Assembly (NCBI RefSeq): GCF_028368995.1
Contig: NZ_JAQNDL010000001.1
Location: forward strand, 1,472,001 to 1,536,000
From: Nannocystis bainbridge
GTDB lineage: Bacteria; Myxococcota_A; Polyangia; Nannocystales; Nannocystaceae
Length of the DNA stretch: 64,000 bases
Direction of reading: 5' to 3'
This document shows, piece by piece, positions 10,265 through 20,627 of the stretch. Below the pieces are notes generated by a model. The model saw only the letters and a program-made list of their open reading frames with translations. It was not told the origin of the DNA and searched no databases. Position 1 is the stretch's first letter, and every line of letters begins with the position of its first letter. The position numbers were made by a program, and so were the translations under genes.

Positions 10265-12394
10265 TCAGTCGACGAAGTTCGGCGGCCCGGTGCGCTCGAG
10301 GTACCCGTCGAGCGCGCCCTGCAGCCGCTCGATCTTCGGATCGCCGTAGGGCAGCGGCTTGTCGCCTTGCTGCTTGCGGGCCGACAGCGCCTCGTCGAGC
10401 AGGTTGCACACCAGCTTGTAGGTGCCGTCGAACACCGTGACCATGTTGTGGGTCGCGGCGCCGTTGGCGGTGAAGCGCCAGGTCTCGGCCACCAGCACCC
10501 GGTTCTTGTTGGAGGCCGGGTTGGAGAGGATGCCGGCGAGGTCGCGGCCGTCGAGGCCCTCGGGCGCCGGGGTCTCGGTCCACTTGAGGATCGTCGGCAT
10601 CACGTCGACGGTGCCGACCAACTGCTTCGAGGTGGTGCCGGGCGCGAAGCCGGGGCCGCGCACGACCAGCGGCACGCGGATGTCGTCCTCGCCGACGCCG
10701 ACGCCGTGGGTGCGGCGCTTGGCGCCGAGGCTCTCGCCGTGGTCGGCGGTGATGATGACGGCGATCTCGCGCTCCTTGGCGAGCTCGTCGATGCGCTCGA
10801 GCAGGCGGCCGACGTGCTTGTCGGTCCACGCGATCTCGTGGTCGTACTTGCCGGCGACGCTGTTGCCCCACCGCGGCACCCCGCGGTGCCACGAGTGGCC
10901 GCCGTGCGGGCCGAAGTAATGGGCCCACAGGAAGAACGGGCGGTCCTTGGGCTGGGCGTCGAGGATCTTGATCGCGGCGTCGGTGACGGCGACGTCGAGC
11001 GCCTTGCCCGAGACCTCCTCGTACTCGTCGAAGTCGGGGTAGGCGCCGGTCGAGGCGTCGAGGAAGCCGGTCGAGCCGTCGTCGATGACCGCGGCGGTGT
11101 ACATGCCGCGCCGCTTCAAGAACGTCTGCAGCGGCACGTACTTCTCGGCCGCGGGCAGGCCGAACTTGAGCTTGAGCAGCTCGCCGTCGTCGAGCTGATC
11201 GATCTCGGTGCTGCGCAGCAGGCGGAACTTGTTGGTCTCGAAGAACGGGTTCCACACCAGCCGCCGCGGGTACACGCCGCGGAACATCGACGACAGCGCC
11301 AGGCTGGTCCACGAGCCGCCGGTGTAGGCGCGGATGAAGCGGGTCCCGCTCTCGGACCACTTCTTCATCTCGGGGGTGGTGTTGCGCTTGCCGCCCCAGC
11401 TGACGTGGTCGGCGCGCAGGGTGTCGATGGTGATGAGGACGACGCTGGTCGGCGGCGGCTTGTCGGGCACCGGCGGGTCGGCGACCGGCTCCTCGACCGG
11501 CGCGTCGCCGAGGACGCAGTTGTCGTCGACGCCGTTGCCGGGCAGCTCGCGCGCGAACGGGTGGACCGCGGCGTTGAACGGGGCGCAGTCGCCACCGCCG
11601 AGGATCGGCGAGTAACCGTCGCGGTCGACGTCGCCGAGGGTCCGCAGCGTCCGCAGCGACAGGCTCGAGAACGGCCGCTCGAGCAGGCCCGCGAGCAGGT
11701 CGCGGTCGCCGTCGACGACCACGAGCGCCCACACGAACGGCAACGCCAGCACGCCCGCGCCGACCGGGCGCCCCCACGCGGGCACGCGCAGGCGGCGGGG
11801 CCAGTAGCGCAGGCAGGCGACGCCGACGATCGTCAGCATCAGCACCGCCATCACCCGCAGGGCCGTGTGCGCCGCCGGATAGTTGTCGACCCCGACCCGG
11901 CGATCGGCGACGATGAAGCCGACCGCCGCCAGCGCCAGCAGCGGGCCGGTCCACAGCGGCCGCTTCCACGTGCGCGACAGCCAGGCCGGCTGGGTCGCCG
12001 ACGGCTGGGCGACGAACCCCAGCAGCGCCAGCCCCAGCCCCGCGCCCACGCCGGCGATCGCCGCGGCCACGGCGTCGGCGTGGTCCTTGCCGCCGAAGCG
12101 GGCGATCACCCCGAGCTGGTCCATGAGCCAGACGGTCAGCCCGGCGCCGACCGCCAGCCACGCGAGCGCCCGCCCCCACGTCGGCAGCCGTTGCAGCCCG
12201 CGCAGCACCCCGGCGAACACGCCCCCGAGCACCGCGCCGGCGCCGACGCCGACGCCGAGAGCGGCGATCGCCGCCGACGCACCCACACCCTGCCCGCCGC
12301 TGACGAAATCGATCAGGGAGGCCAGGCCGGCGACCGCGGCGGCAAACGGGATATGGGCCAAAAACGCCGTTCTGGGCGGATCTTCGACGGACAT
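10265..12394 (-). CDS. Membrane-anchored sulfatase-like hydrolase/transferase
   Basis: N-terminal multi-TM region; DGY..GGDC....GNGVDDNC metal-binding-type repeat; LITIDTLRADH, HYFGPH, ITADHGE alkaline-phosphatase-superfamily motifs. Confidence 0.85.
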   Translation of the reverse strand: MSVEDPPRTAFLAHIPFAAAVAGLASLIDFVSGGQGVGASAAIAALGVGVGAGAVLGGVFAGVLRGLQRLPTWGRALAWLAVGAGLTVWLMDQLGVIARFGGKDHADAVAAAIAGVGAGLGLALLGFVAQPSATQPAWLSRTWKRPLWTGPLLALAAVGFIVADRRVGVDNYPAAHTALRVMAVLMLTIVGVACLRYWPRRLRVPAWGRPVGAGVLALPFVWALVVVDGDRDLLAGLLERPFSSLSLRTLRTLGDVDRDGYSPILGGGDCAPFNAAVHPFARELPGNGVDDNCVLGDAPVEEPVADPPVPDKPPPTSVVLITIDTLRADHVSWGGKRNTTPEMKKWSESGTRFIRAYTGGSWTSLALSSMFRGVYPRRLVWNPFFETNKFRLLRSTEIDQLDDGELLKLKFGLPAAEKYVPLQTFLKRRGMYTAAVIDDGSTGFLDASTGAYPDFDEYEEVSGKALDVAVTDAAIKILDAQPKDRPFFLWAHYFGPHGGHSWHRGVPRWGNSVAGKYDHEIAWTDKHVGRLLERIDELAKEREIAVIITADHGESLGAKRRTHGVGVGEDDIRVPLVVRGPGFAPGTTSKQLVGTVDVMPTILKWTETPAPEGLDGRDLAGILSNPASNKNRVLVAETWRFTANGAATHNMVTVFDGTYKLVCNLLDEALSARKQQGDKPLPYGDPKIERLQGALDGYLERTGPPNFVD

Positions 12395-12645
12395 CGCGGC
12401 AGCGCCGCATTGTGCCCGACGTCGCGGCGTGACGGAAGCGTGACGTTGTTTGCCGGCGCTCCCCCATGCAGAGGTCACCCCCGCCGAAGGGCCGTCAGCG
12501 GCCCGTCAGACGGCTTTCGGCCCCGGGCCGGGCCCGCCCGCTCCGGCGCATGCCGTAGCGCACGAGGGGCGGCGATCTCCGCGACGCAGGCGACATCGCG
12601 CGTGACGCGCGATGCGCCGCTTGCGAGCGCGGCGAACGGCGTCCG

Positions 12646-12746
12646 CATGCTGTCCCGCGGGACATGTCGCATCGGTCATGTCGCTCACGCGGGCCCTCTT
12701 CACCGCTCGTTCGGGACATGTCCGTATCGACATGTCCCGAAGAACA
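12646..12746. repeat. REP-like ACATGTCC cluster
   Basis: TGTCCCGCGGGACATGTCG and GGACATGTCCGTATCGACATGTCC downstream of the Sel1 gene stop. Confidence 0.65.
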
Positions 12747-12748
12747 GC

Positions 12749-13663
12749 TCAATTCTCCTCGTCCTCGCCGTCCTCGTCCTCGTCCGCGTCGCCGTACGGA
12801 TCGTAGTCGTCGTCCGCTTCGATCTCCGCGATCGCGTGCATCTCCGCGATCTCCTCGTCGCCGGCCCCCAGCACCTCGGCCAGGCTGGCCCACGGGAACC
12901 CGCCTGCGTGGGCCAGGCCGAGGTACTTGGCGATGACCTCCGGGTCGCGCGCGTGGCCGCGGCCCTGATAGCACTTGATACCGACCAGCGCCCCCGCCTT
13001 GACGTGCCCGAGGTCGGCGGCCTTGCGGTACCACGCGAACGCGGCCGCGTCGTCCTGGGCCACGCGGTCGCCGGTCTCGGCGTAGTAGCCCTCGTTGAAG
13101 ATCGCCCGCGCCTGCCCGAGCGCCGCCGCCCTGGCGTTGTAGGCCCGGCCCGCCTCGGGGTCGCTGCGCCCGACCAGCACCGCGGCCTCGAACAGCCCGT
13201 CGGCGTGGCCCTTCTCGGCCGAGCGCACCGCCGCCGCGCGGGCCTCGTCCTCGTCGCCCTCGCAGCCGTCGGGCCCGGCCAGCCCGCGCGTCCACATGTA
13301 GCTGAGCAGCACGTCGAGCGCGCCGGTATTGTCGGCCGCGGCCGCGCGCGTCAGCGTCGACCACGACGCCCCCGCCAGCTGCGAGTCCTCCCGTTGCACG
13401 ATCCGCCGCGCCAGCCCGAGCGCCGCCTCGTGATGCCCGCCGGCGGCCGCCTGCGCCTGCGCCTGCCACGACAGCGCGCGCAGCTCCTCGACCAGCGCCT
13501 CGTCGACCGGCGGCAGCCCGGCGATCGCGTCGGACTCGCGGAACTCGAGCGCGACCACGGCGAGGCGATGGTGGTCGTACAGCTCCTCGGCGGAGCCCTG
13601 CCCGGCCAGCCCGGCCTTCAGCGCCGCGATCTTGTCGCGCGTGTCCTTCTCGCGTTCGTCCAT
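12749..13663 (-). CDS. Sel1-repeat (tetratricopeptide-like) protein
   Basis: AFAWYRKAADLGHVKA, SAEKGHADG, GIKCYQGRG Sel1 motifs; acidic tail. Confidence 0.8.
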   Translation of the reverse strand: MDEREKDTRDKIAALKAGLAGQGSAEELYDHHRLAVVALEFRESDAIAGLPPVDEALVEELRALSWQAQAQAAAGGHHEAALGLARRIVQREDSQLAGASWSTLTRAAAADNTGALDVLLSYMWTRGLAGPDGCEGDEDEARAAAVRSAEKGHADGLFEAAVLVGRSDPEAGRAYNARAAALGQARAIFNEGYYAETGDRVAQDDAAAFAWYRKAADLGHVKAGALVGIKCYQGRGHARDPEVIAKYLGLAHAGGFPWASLAEVLGAGDEEIAEMHAIAEIEADDDYDPYGDADEDEDGEDEEN

Positions 13664-13790
13664 CGCTCGACGCTACCGCGACTGCCGGTGAAATTCGCGG
13701 CGCGCACGTGTGAGGAATTCATGGCTCTGCGCCCGGCGATGGCGTCGCCCACATCTCGCATCGGCGACTGCCCGAGCCGGCCCACCGATG

Positions 13791-13847
13791 AGATGTCCCT
13801 CGGGACAGGTCGCATCGACGTCGGGACATGTCCTTCGAGACATGCCC
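13791..13847. repeat. REP-like ACATGTCC cluster
   Basis: AGATGTCCCTCGGGACAGGT...GGACATGTCCTTCGAGACATGCCC. Confidence 0.65.
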
Positions 13848-14087
13848 ATCCGCCGGCGATCGCCGTTCGCCGCCGGAGCCCCCGCGAGCGACCGGCGACC
13901 CGCGGCGGAATGACCACACCGTCGGCTCGCCGCCCGCGGCCCCGGGATCGCAAGACGGGCGATTTCGCGCCCCCCGTCGAGCCCCGTGCCCTCGCCCTCG
14001 GGGACCTTCGCAGCGCAGGGCTTCGCGGCTACTGTGGCCGCGCCGCCGGGCCCGGGGCGCGGCGGCGGATTGGCTAGAGGAACCACG

Positions 14088-14615
14088 ATGCAGCTTATGA
14101 GATGGAACACCATGGAGGCCCACGGCCCGCCGCGGCCCGGCTGGTGGGCGACCCTCGCCGCCGTCGCCCTGCTGGGCGGATGCGCCGACGACACGACCAC
14201 GGTCACCGACACGGCCCAGGGCACGACCACGCAGACGACCGTCGAATCGACCGTCACCACCGACGAGCCGACCACCACCGTCGCGCCGACCACCACCGAC
14301 GCGCCGACCTCGACCACCACCGAGACCGGCTCGACCACCGCGGTCGAGCCGACCACCACCGTCGAACCGACCACCACCGATTCGACGACGACGACGACGA
14401 CGACGACCGACACCACCGACACCGACAGCACCACCGGCGACGAGCTCGTCGGCAAGTCGATCACCCAGACCGTCAACAGCGGCACCGTCGCCCAGAGCCC
14501 CAACTTCCGCATGGTCTTCACGCTGGGTCAGCCGACCCAGAACCAGGGCCTCTACACCTCCGATAACTTTCGTCTGCAGGGCGGCCTCATCGGCGCCAAC
14601 GGGAACCCTCCATGA
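14088..14615 (+). CDS. Thr-rich lipoprotein, copy 1 (partner of the collagen-like protein)
   Basis: LLGGC lipobox, Thr-rich linker, conserved C-terminal ~55 aa; ATGA overlap with the next gene. Confidence 0.75.
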   Translation: MQLMRWNTMEAHGPPRPGWWATLAAVALLGGCADDTTTVTDTAQGTTTQTTVESTVTTDEPTTTVAPTTTDAPTSTTTETGSTTAVEPTTTVEPTTTDSTTTTTTTTDTTDTDSTTGDELVGKSITQTVNSGTVAQSPNFRMVFTLGQPTQNQGLYTSDNFRLQGGLIGANGNPP

Positions 14616-15835
14616 CCCTCCGTCGCCTCTCCTCCGTCTCGACCCTGAAGCCGTGGTGGCTCGCGCCGATCCTCGCCGCCGTGACGCTGACGCCGCTCGA
14701 GGCCAGCGCGCTCGCCGTACCGGCCCTCGTCACCCACCAGGGCCGCCTGTTCGACGCCAACGGCGCGCTCGTCAGCGGCGCCCACGACCTCACCTTCGCC
14801 ATCTACGACGCCGAGCTCGCCGGCAACGAGATCTGGTCCGAGACCGTCACCGTCGATTTCGACGACGGTTACTTCTCGGTGCGCCTCGGCGAGCAACTGG
14901 TGCTCGACGAGAACGTCTTCGACGGCTCGACCCGCTGGCTCGGCATCACCGTCGACGCCGACCCGGAGATGACCCCGCGCGCAGCGATCGTCAGCGTCCC
15001 GTATGCGATGTTCGCCGGCGATGTCCGCGGTGAGATCAACCCGACCAATGTCAACATCCAGGGCTTCGGCGCGGTCATCGATCAGAACGGCAAATGGGTC
15101 GGCGACCCCTCGGGCCTGCTCGGTCCCGCCGGCCCGCCCGGACCCGCCGGTCCCGCCGGTCCCGCCGGCACCGAGGGCCCCGCCGGTCCCGAGGGCCCCG
15201 CCGGCCCGCCTGGACCCGCCGGTCCCGCCGGTCCGTCCGGCCCGTCCGGTCCTGCCGGCGCGCAGGGTCCCCAGGGCCCGATGGGCCTCGCTGGCCCTGC
15301 CGGCCCCGCCGGTCCTGCCGGTCCTGCAGGCGGCGTCGGCCCTGCCGGTCCTGCCGGTCCCGCCGGCCCCGCCGGCCCCGCCGGAGCCCAGGGCCCGAGC
15401 GGCCCCGTCGGCCCCGCCGGCCCGGAGGGTCCGACCGGCATCATCGCCACCGCCAGCTTCGCCGGCGCCATCGAGGACATCCCGCTCGACCCGGCGTGGG
15501 TGTTCGTCGGCCCGACCGCGGTCATCTCCGTCGAAGCCGGCCAGCGCCTGACCGGCACCGCCACCGCGGGTCTGGCCCACGGCACCACCCTCACCTGGCG
15601 CCGCGTCGACCTCGACCTCTGTTATCGCCAGGGCGCGCAGGCCCTGAAGAACTTCAGCGGCGTCAATTTCGTGTCGCCGCGCATCGAGCAGTTCGCCAAC
15701 TCGTTCACCGCCGCCGGCACGATCGTGCCCGGCGCCGGCTCGTGGACCGTCGGCCTTTGCATTCGCAACAACTACGGCGGCGAGATCCTCGACGAGAACA
15801 ACCGCGTCAACGGGTGGATCCAGCTCACCAATTGA
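14612..15835 (+). CDS. Secreted collagen-like (Gly-X-Y) protein, copy 1
   Basis: Signal peptide, HQGRL...SVPYA N-terminal domain, about 36 uninterrupted Gly-X-Y triplets (mostly GPA), globular C-terminal head. Confidence 0.9.
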   Translation: MTLRRLSSVSTLKPWWLAPILAAVTLTPLEASALAVPALVTHQGRLFDANGALVSGAHDLTFAIYDAELAGNEIWSETVTVDFDDGYFSVRLGEQLVLDENVFDGSTRWLGITVDADPEMTPRAAIVSVPYAMFAGDVRGEINPTNVNIQGFGAVIDQNGKWVGDPSGLLGPAGPPGPAGPAGPAGTEGPAGPEGPAGPPGPAGPAGPSGPSGPAGAQGPQGPMGLAGPAGPAGPAGPAGGVGPAGPAGPAGPAGPAGAQGPSGPVGPAGPEGPTGIIATASFAGAIEDIPLDPAWVFVGPTAVISVEAGQRLTGTATAGLAHGTTLTWRRVDLDLCYRQGAQALKNFSGVNFVSPRIEQFANSFTAAGTIVPGAGSWTVGLCIRNNYGGEILDENNRVNGWIQLTN

Positions 15836-16332
15836 GCGCATGAGCGCAGCGCCCGGATCACCTAACCCAAAAGTCAGGTGACCCGGGCGCGGCGTGACCC
15901 CGATCGCGCACGCGCTCGAGCGAGCGCCCATTGCTACGACCCCCTGGGTCGCACCCGCGGCACTGCCATCATTGCCACGCTGAATGCGGCCAGGCGCGCG
16001 CGCGGGCGTTTTCGGGCGCGGCGCAGCCCGGCGATCGTCTCCATCGGCCCCCGGCGGGCGCGCGCATGCTGTCGCGGTCGTCACGATCGAAGCCGCGAGC
16101 CGGCGCCGACATCGCGCCATCGCGAAGATCGGCGCGGAGCCATACGAACGGCGTTCGATGGCCCGACCTGGCCGCTCCTCCGCGTGGCCGCCAGCCTCGA
16201 TTCCGCGCCGCCGCCGGCGTGCATGGTCCCGCGCGGACCGCACTCGGAGACCTTCAGCGAGCTCCGACTTCGTGGATAGTCTGCCCCCACCGACGCACCC
16301 CATGGGCGCGTCGGCGATTGCATGGAGGAGGA

Positions 16333-16884
16333 ATGCACGGGATGACATGGATTGGAATTACCGCCCATGGGCCGCCGCGCCCGTGGCTGGCGCTCGGCGT
16401 CGCCGCGCTGCTGACAGCAGCGTGCGCCGACGACACGACCACGGTCACGGACACCGCCCAGGGCACGAGCACGCAGACCACGGACGACCCTGACCCCACC
16501 GATTCGCCGCCGACCACCACGGTCCCGACGACCACCGATTCGCCGCCGACCACCTCGGTGACGGGCACCGATTCGACCACCGCGGTCGACCCGACCGACC
16601 CGACCACCACCGATACCACCGACACCACCGACACGACCACGACCACCACGACGACCACCACGACGACCACGGACACCACGGATACCGACACTGACGGCAC
16701 CACCGGCAACGAGCTCGTCGGCAAGTCGATCACCCAGACCGTCAACAGCGGCACCGTCGCCCAGAGCCCCAACTTCCGCATGGTCTTCACCCTGGGTCAG
16801 CCGACCCAGAATCAGGGCGTCTACACCTCGAATAACTTTCGCCTGCAGGGCGGCCTCATCGGCGCCAACGGGAACCCTCCATGA
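16333..16884 (+). CDS. Thr-rich lipoprotein, copy 2
   Basis: GGAGGA RBS, LTAAC lipobox, Thr-rich linker, C-terminus nearly identical to copy 1; ATGA overlap. Confidence 0.75.
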   Translation: MHGMTWIGITAHGPPRPWLALGVAALLTAACADDTTTVTDTAQGTSTQTTDDPDPTDSPPTTTVPTTTDSPPTTSVTGTDSTTAVDPTDPTTTDTTDTTDTTTTTTTTTTTTTDTTDTDTDGTTGNELVGKSITQTVNSGTVAQSPNFRMVFTLGQPTQNQGVYTSNNFRLQGGLIGANGNPP

Positions 16885-18716
16885 CCCTCCGTCGCTCCTC
16901 CTCCGTCTCGTCCCTCAAAAAATGGTGGCTCGCCCCGGCCCTCGCGGCCGCGTGGCTGCTGCCGCTCGAGGCCAGCGCGCTCGCCGTGCCGGAGCTCGTC
17001 ACCCACCAGGGCCGCCTGTTCGACGCCAACGGTCTGCCCGTCGACGGCACCCAGGACCTCATTTTCACCATTTACGACGACGAGGTCGCCGGCAACGAGA
17101 TCTGGTCCGAGACCATCACCGTCGATTTCGACGAGGGCTTCTTCTCGGTCCGCCTCGGCGAGCAGCTTGTGCTCGACGAGAACGTCTTCGACGGCACGAC
17201 CCGCTGGCTCGGCATCACCGTCGGCGGCGACCCGGAGATGACCCCGCGCGCCGCCATCGTCAGCGTCCCGTATGCGATGTTCGCCGGCGATGTCCGCGGT
17301 GAGATCAACCCGACCAATGTCAACATCCAGGGCTTCGGTGCGGTGATCGATCAGAACGGCCAGTGGGTCGGCGATCCCTCGGGCCTGATCGGCCCCGCCG
17401 GCCCGCCCGGACCCGCCGGTCCTGCCGGTCCCGCCGGCTCGGAGGGCGCCGCTGGTCCCGAGGGCCCCGCCGGTCCTGCCGGCCCCGCCGGCGCGGCCGG
17501 TCCCGAAGGCCCCGCCGGCCCCGACGGCCCGCCCGGGCCCGACGGCCCCGCCGGCCCGGCCGGTCCCGCCGGTCCCGCCGGCCCCGAAGGCCCGCCGGGC
17601 CCCTCCGGCGACCTCGGCCAGGTCGGCCCGGCCGGTCCCGCCGGCCCCGAAGGCCCCCAGGGCGCCCAGGGACCGCAAGGCACCCAGGGCCCGCAGGGCG
17701 CCCAGGGGCCGCAGGGTGAGACCGGTCCGCAGGGCATCCAGGGCCCGCAGGGCGACCTCGGTCCCGCCGGCCCCGCCGGCCCGCAGGGCGAGATGGGTGC
17801 GCAGGGCGCTCAGGGCCCGCAAGGCGACCCCGGCCCCGCCGGTCCCGCCGGCCCGCAGGGCGAGATGGGCTCCGCCGGTCCTGCCGGCCCGCAGGGCGAT
17901 CCTGGCCCCGCCGGCCCCGCCGGCCCGCAGGGCGACGCCGGTCCCGCCGGCCCGGCCGGCCCGCAGGGCGAAATGGGCGCTCAGGGCGCTCAGGGCGCGC
18001 AGGGCGACCCCGGCCCTGCCGGCCCTGCCGGCCCTGCTGGCGCCGTCGGCCCCGCCGGTCCCTCCGGTCCGCAGGGCGACGCAGGTCCTGCCGGTCCTGC
18101 CGGCCCCGCGGGTGCCGTCGGTCCCGCCGGTCCTTCCGGGCCGCAGGGCGCTGTCGGCCCGGTCGGCCCGATCGGTCCCATGGGCCCCGCCGGCCCCGCC
18201 GGTGCGGTCGGTCCCGCCGGTCCTGCCGGTCCCGCCGGTCCTGCAGGCCCCGCGGGCGCCGTCGGCCCCGTCGGTCCCCAGGGCGCCGTCGGCCCGCAAG
18301 GCCCGCAGGGTCCCACCGGCGTCGTCGCCGTGGCCCGCTTCGTCAGCCAGGTCGGCAACATCGCCCCCAACGCCACCTGGACCTTCGGTGGCACCCCGGT
18401 CGTGGTCAACACCGTGGGCAACCAGCGGCTCACCGGCACGGCCACCTCGTCGCTCGGCTACCTCAACGCCGGGGCGCAGTTCAGCTTCGTCGACCTCTGT
18501 TATCAGAACGCGGCCAACCCTGGCGCCCTGACCCCGTTCTCGAACAACAACGGCGTCGAGCACCTGTTCACGACCAACCCCTACCCGATCGGCGCCACCG
18601 GCTCGGTCATCCCGGGGGCCGGCAGCTGGAACGTCGGCCTGTGTGTCGCCAACACCAGCCTCAACACCATCAACAACAACGGCTTCGTCACCGGCTGGGT
18701 GATGATCACCAACTGA
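16881..18716 (+). CDS. Secreted collagen-like protein, copy 2
   Basis: N-domain nearly identical to copy 1, about 100 Gly-X-Y triplets, divergent C-terminal head ending GWVMITN. Confidence 0.9.
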   Translation: MTLRRSSSVSSLKKWWLAPALAAAWLLPLEASALAVPELVTHQGRLFDANGLPVDGTQDLIFTIYDDEVAGNEIWSETITVDFDEGFFSVRLGEQLVLDENVFDGTTRWLGITVGGDPEMTPRAAIVSVPYAMFAGDVRGEINPTNVNIQGFGAVIDQNGQWVGDPSGLIGPAGPPGPAGPAGPAGSEGAAGPEGPAGPAGPAGAAGPEGPAGPDGPPGPDGPAGPAGPAGPAGPEGPPGPSGDLGQVGPAGPAGPEGPQGAQGPQGTQGPQGAQGPQGETGPQGIQGPQGDLGPAGPAGPQGEMGAQGAQGPQGDPGPAGPAGPQGEMGSAGPAGPQGDPGPAGPAGPQGDAGPAGPAGPQGEMGAQGAQGAQGDPGPAGPAGPAGAVGPAGPSGPQGDAGPAGPAGPAGAVGPAGPSGPQGAVGPVGPIGPMGPAGPAGAVGPAGPAGPAGPAGPAGAVGPVGPQGAVGPQGPQGPTGVVAVARFVSQVGNIAPNATWTFGGTPVVVNTVGNQRLTGTATSSLGYLNAGAQFSFVDLCYQNAANPGALTPFSNNNGVEHLFTTNPYPIGATGSVIPGAGSWNVGLCVANTSLNTINNNGFVTGWVMITN

Positions 18717-18783
18717 GCACACGGCGCCGGACCCCGCGCCGTCGCTGGTCGCGGGGTCCCGGCTCCGGCATGCTCCGCGTCCC

Positions 18784-19227
18784 GTGTCGACCTCGACGGC
18801 CATCCTCCTCGCCGGCGCCCTGATCGGCCTCGGCCTGTTCCTCGGCCTGCGCAGCCTCGCCCCGCGCGAGCTGCCGGTCGCGGCCCCGGAGCCGTCCGCC
18901 GCCGGCGCCCCGCCGCCGGCTGGCCCCGCGTTCGACCTGGCGACCTCCCAACAGCACGCCGCCAACGCCCTCGCCTACCACGTCGAGGCGCTGCGCCAGG
19001 CCTGCTACCTGCCCGCGGTCGTCGGCGAGACCCCGCCGCCGCCCGTGGTCCTCGAATTCAACTACACCTTCGACGCCGAGGGCCAGCAGATCGCCCGCGG
19101 CTCGCTCGAGAAGCGCGGCGCCTCGCGCCCGGCCGTCACCGAGTGCGTGCTCGCCAAACTCCCACCGCTGCGGATCCCCCGACCCGGCCAGACCGTCACC
19201 GCCAGCCCCACGCTGACCTTCCCCTGA
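18784..19227 (+). CDS. Hypothetical membrane-anchored protein (TonB-C/AgmX-like fold possible)
   Basis: N-terminal TM, Pro linker, LRQAC...FDAEG...EC... domain; paralog of the next gene. Confidence 0.6.
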   Translation: MSTSTAILLAGALIGLGLFLGLRSLAPRELPVAAPEPSAAGAPPPAGPAFDLATSQQHAANALAYHVEALRQACYLPAVVGETPPPPVVLEFNYTFDAEGQQIARGSLEKRGASRPAVTECVLAKLPPLRIPRPGQTVTASPTLTFP

Positions 19228-19338
19228 CGGCTTTTCCATCGACCTGTCCCGAGGAACATCCTTGGCATCACGCGGCGACCTTCCCCTGACGGCTCTTCCA
19301 TCGACCTGTCCCGAGGACCACCCTTGGCATCACGCGGC
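19215..19338 (+). repeat. 62-bp tandem duplication
   Basis: 19215-19276 and 19277-19338 differ at 3 positions; spans the stop codon of the upstream gene. Confidence 0.9.
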
Positions 19339-20022
19339 ATCTATCTCGTGAGCGCGGCCCTGCTCGGCGGCGGCGGCCTCTTGCTGTGGCTCGTGCTCGC
19401 CGACCGGCCCGCGCCGTCGGCAGCTTCTGCGACCGCTCCTGGCACCGCCGTAAACGTCGACGGCCGCCCGCTCGGGGTCGCCGGTGCCGACTACGACCCC
19501 GCCAGCCCGCGCGTCGAAGGCGACCCCGCCGAGCCGCGCCGCGCCGACCCCGACGGCGTCGCCCGCGAGCGCGACACCGTCGCCCAGCGGCCCGCTGCCC
19601 CGCCTGCGCCCGAGCAGCCGCCCGGGCCGCCGGTCGTCGGCAGCCCCGGCCTCAACGCCGCCAGCGAGGCCAGCGAGGCCGTGCGCCCGCAGGTCCTCGC
19701 CGCCGTCAGCGCCGAGCTCGCCAGCCGCCGCGCCGCCCTGCGCCAGGCCTGCTGGCCGCCGGGCTCCGACTTCAGCGCCACCTTCACCGTCGAGGCCAGC
19801 TACGCCAGCGACGGCGCGCTGCTGACTCTCGGCGTGTCCGACGTGCCCGGCATGCCCGGCGTCGGCGCCTGTCTCACGGGCCAGATCGCCCAGAAGCCGC
19901 CGACCCTCGCCGCGCCGCCCGGCGCCGACGTGACCGTGGCCGTGCCCGTCGAGTTCGCCGGGACCGAGAAGCCGCCGACCCCGGCCCCACGCGGCCTCGA
20001 CGACACCGGCCCCTCGCGCTGA
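19324..20022 (+). CDS. Hypothetical membrane-anchored protein, paralog of 18784-19227
   Basis: N-terminal TM, LRQACW...YASDG...GACL...PP...DVTVAVPVEF. Confidence 0.6.
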   Translation: MASRGIYLVSAALLGGGGLLLWLVLADRPAPSAASATAPGTAVNVDGRPLGVAGADYDPASPRVEGDPAEPRRADPDGVARERDTVAQRPAAPPAPEQPPGPPVVGSPGLNAASEASEAVRPQVLAAVSAELASRRAALRQACWPPGSDFSATFTVEASYASDGALLTLGVSDVPGMPGVGACLTGQIAQKPPTLAAPPGADVTVAVPVEFAGTEKPPTPAPRGLDDTGPSR

Positions 20023-20094
20023 GCGCCCGCGGACGCGAAGGCCGTCGATTCGCGGCAGGACGCGAGCAGCGTCGGCCGCGACTCGCGGGGTCAT

Positions 20095-20468
20095 GATTCG
20101 CGGCTGCACCGGCTATGACTCGAAGCGACGATTCGCTGCAGCTTCGGCCGCGACCCCGGAGCCCCGATTCGCTGCAGCTTCGGCCGCGACCCCGGTGCTC
20201 TGTTTAGCAGCCGCATCGGCTGCGACTCGAGGGCCATGATTCCCAACAGCGCTTGCCGCGTCCCGGTGCTTTGATTCGCAGCAGCGTCAGCTGCGACTCG
20301 AGGGCCATGATTCGCTGCGGCGCTGGCCGCGACCCCGGTGCTCTGTTTAGCAGCCGCGTCGGCTGCGACTTGAAGGCTATAGTTCGCAGCACCGACGGCC
20401 GCGACGCCGGTGCCCCGATTCGCGGCAACGCCGGCCGCGACGCCGGTGCCTGATTCGCCGCCGCACTC
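20095..20468. repeat. Degenerate 35-36-bp tandem repeat array (about 10.5 units)
   Basis: Units such as GATTCGCTGCAGCTTCGGCCGCGACCCCGGTGCTCT are head to tail with no unique spacers. Confidence 0.85.
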
Positions 20469-20627
20469 TCGTGCACGAGGCGACGCCCCGCGCCGCGCTG
20501 CCGCGCCCCTGTCGCCGCGATGCGACACCTAACATCGATTCATAACTGCGTTCGGGGGTTCTCCACCTCGAGCGACCTCGACCTTGGAAGCTTGCCCGAT
20601 TGGCCCTTGCACCCGACGATGGTGCCC

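Noticed and set aside
1295-12467. Long composite ORFs in the track (1295-3274, 8922-12467; similarly 56741-60376 and 58432-61035)
   Set aside because: Only their 3' parts are protein-like; upstream extensions are Arg/Gly/Pro-rich off-frame readthrough of other genes.
15082-18445. Collagen-like ORFs on the minus strand
   Set aside because: GGN-CCN-GCN codons read as Gly/Pro/Ala repeats on the reverse strand as well; no signal peptide or globular domains.
20095-20468. Possible CRISPR array (36-bp units)
   Set aside because: Units are contiguous and degenerate with no unique spacers, and no cas genes are in the window.
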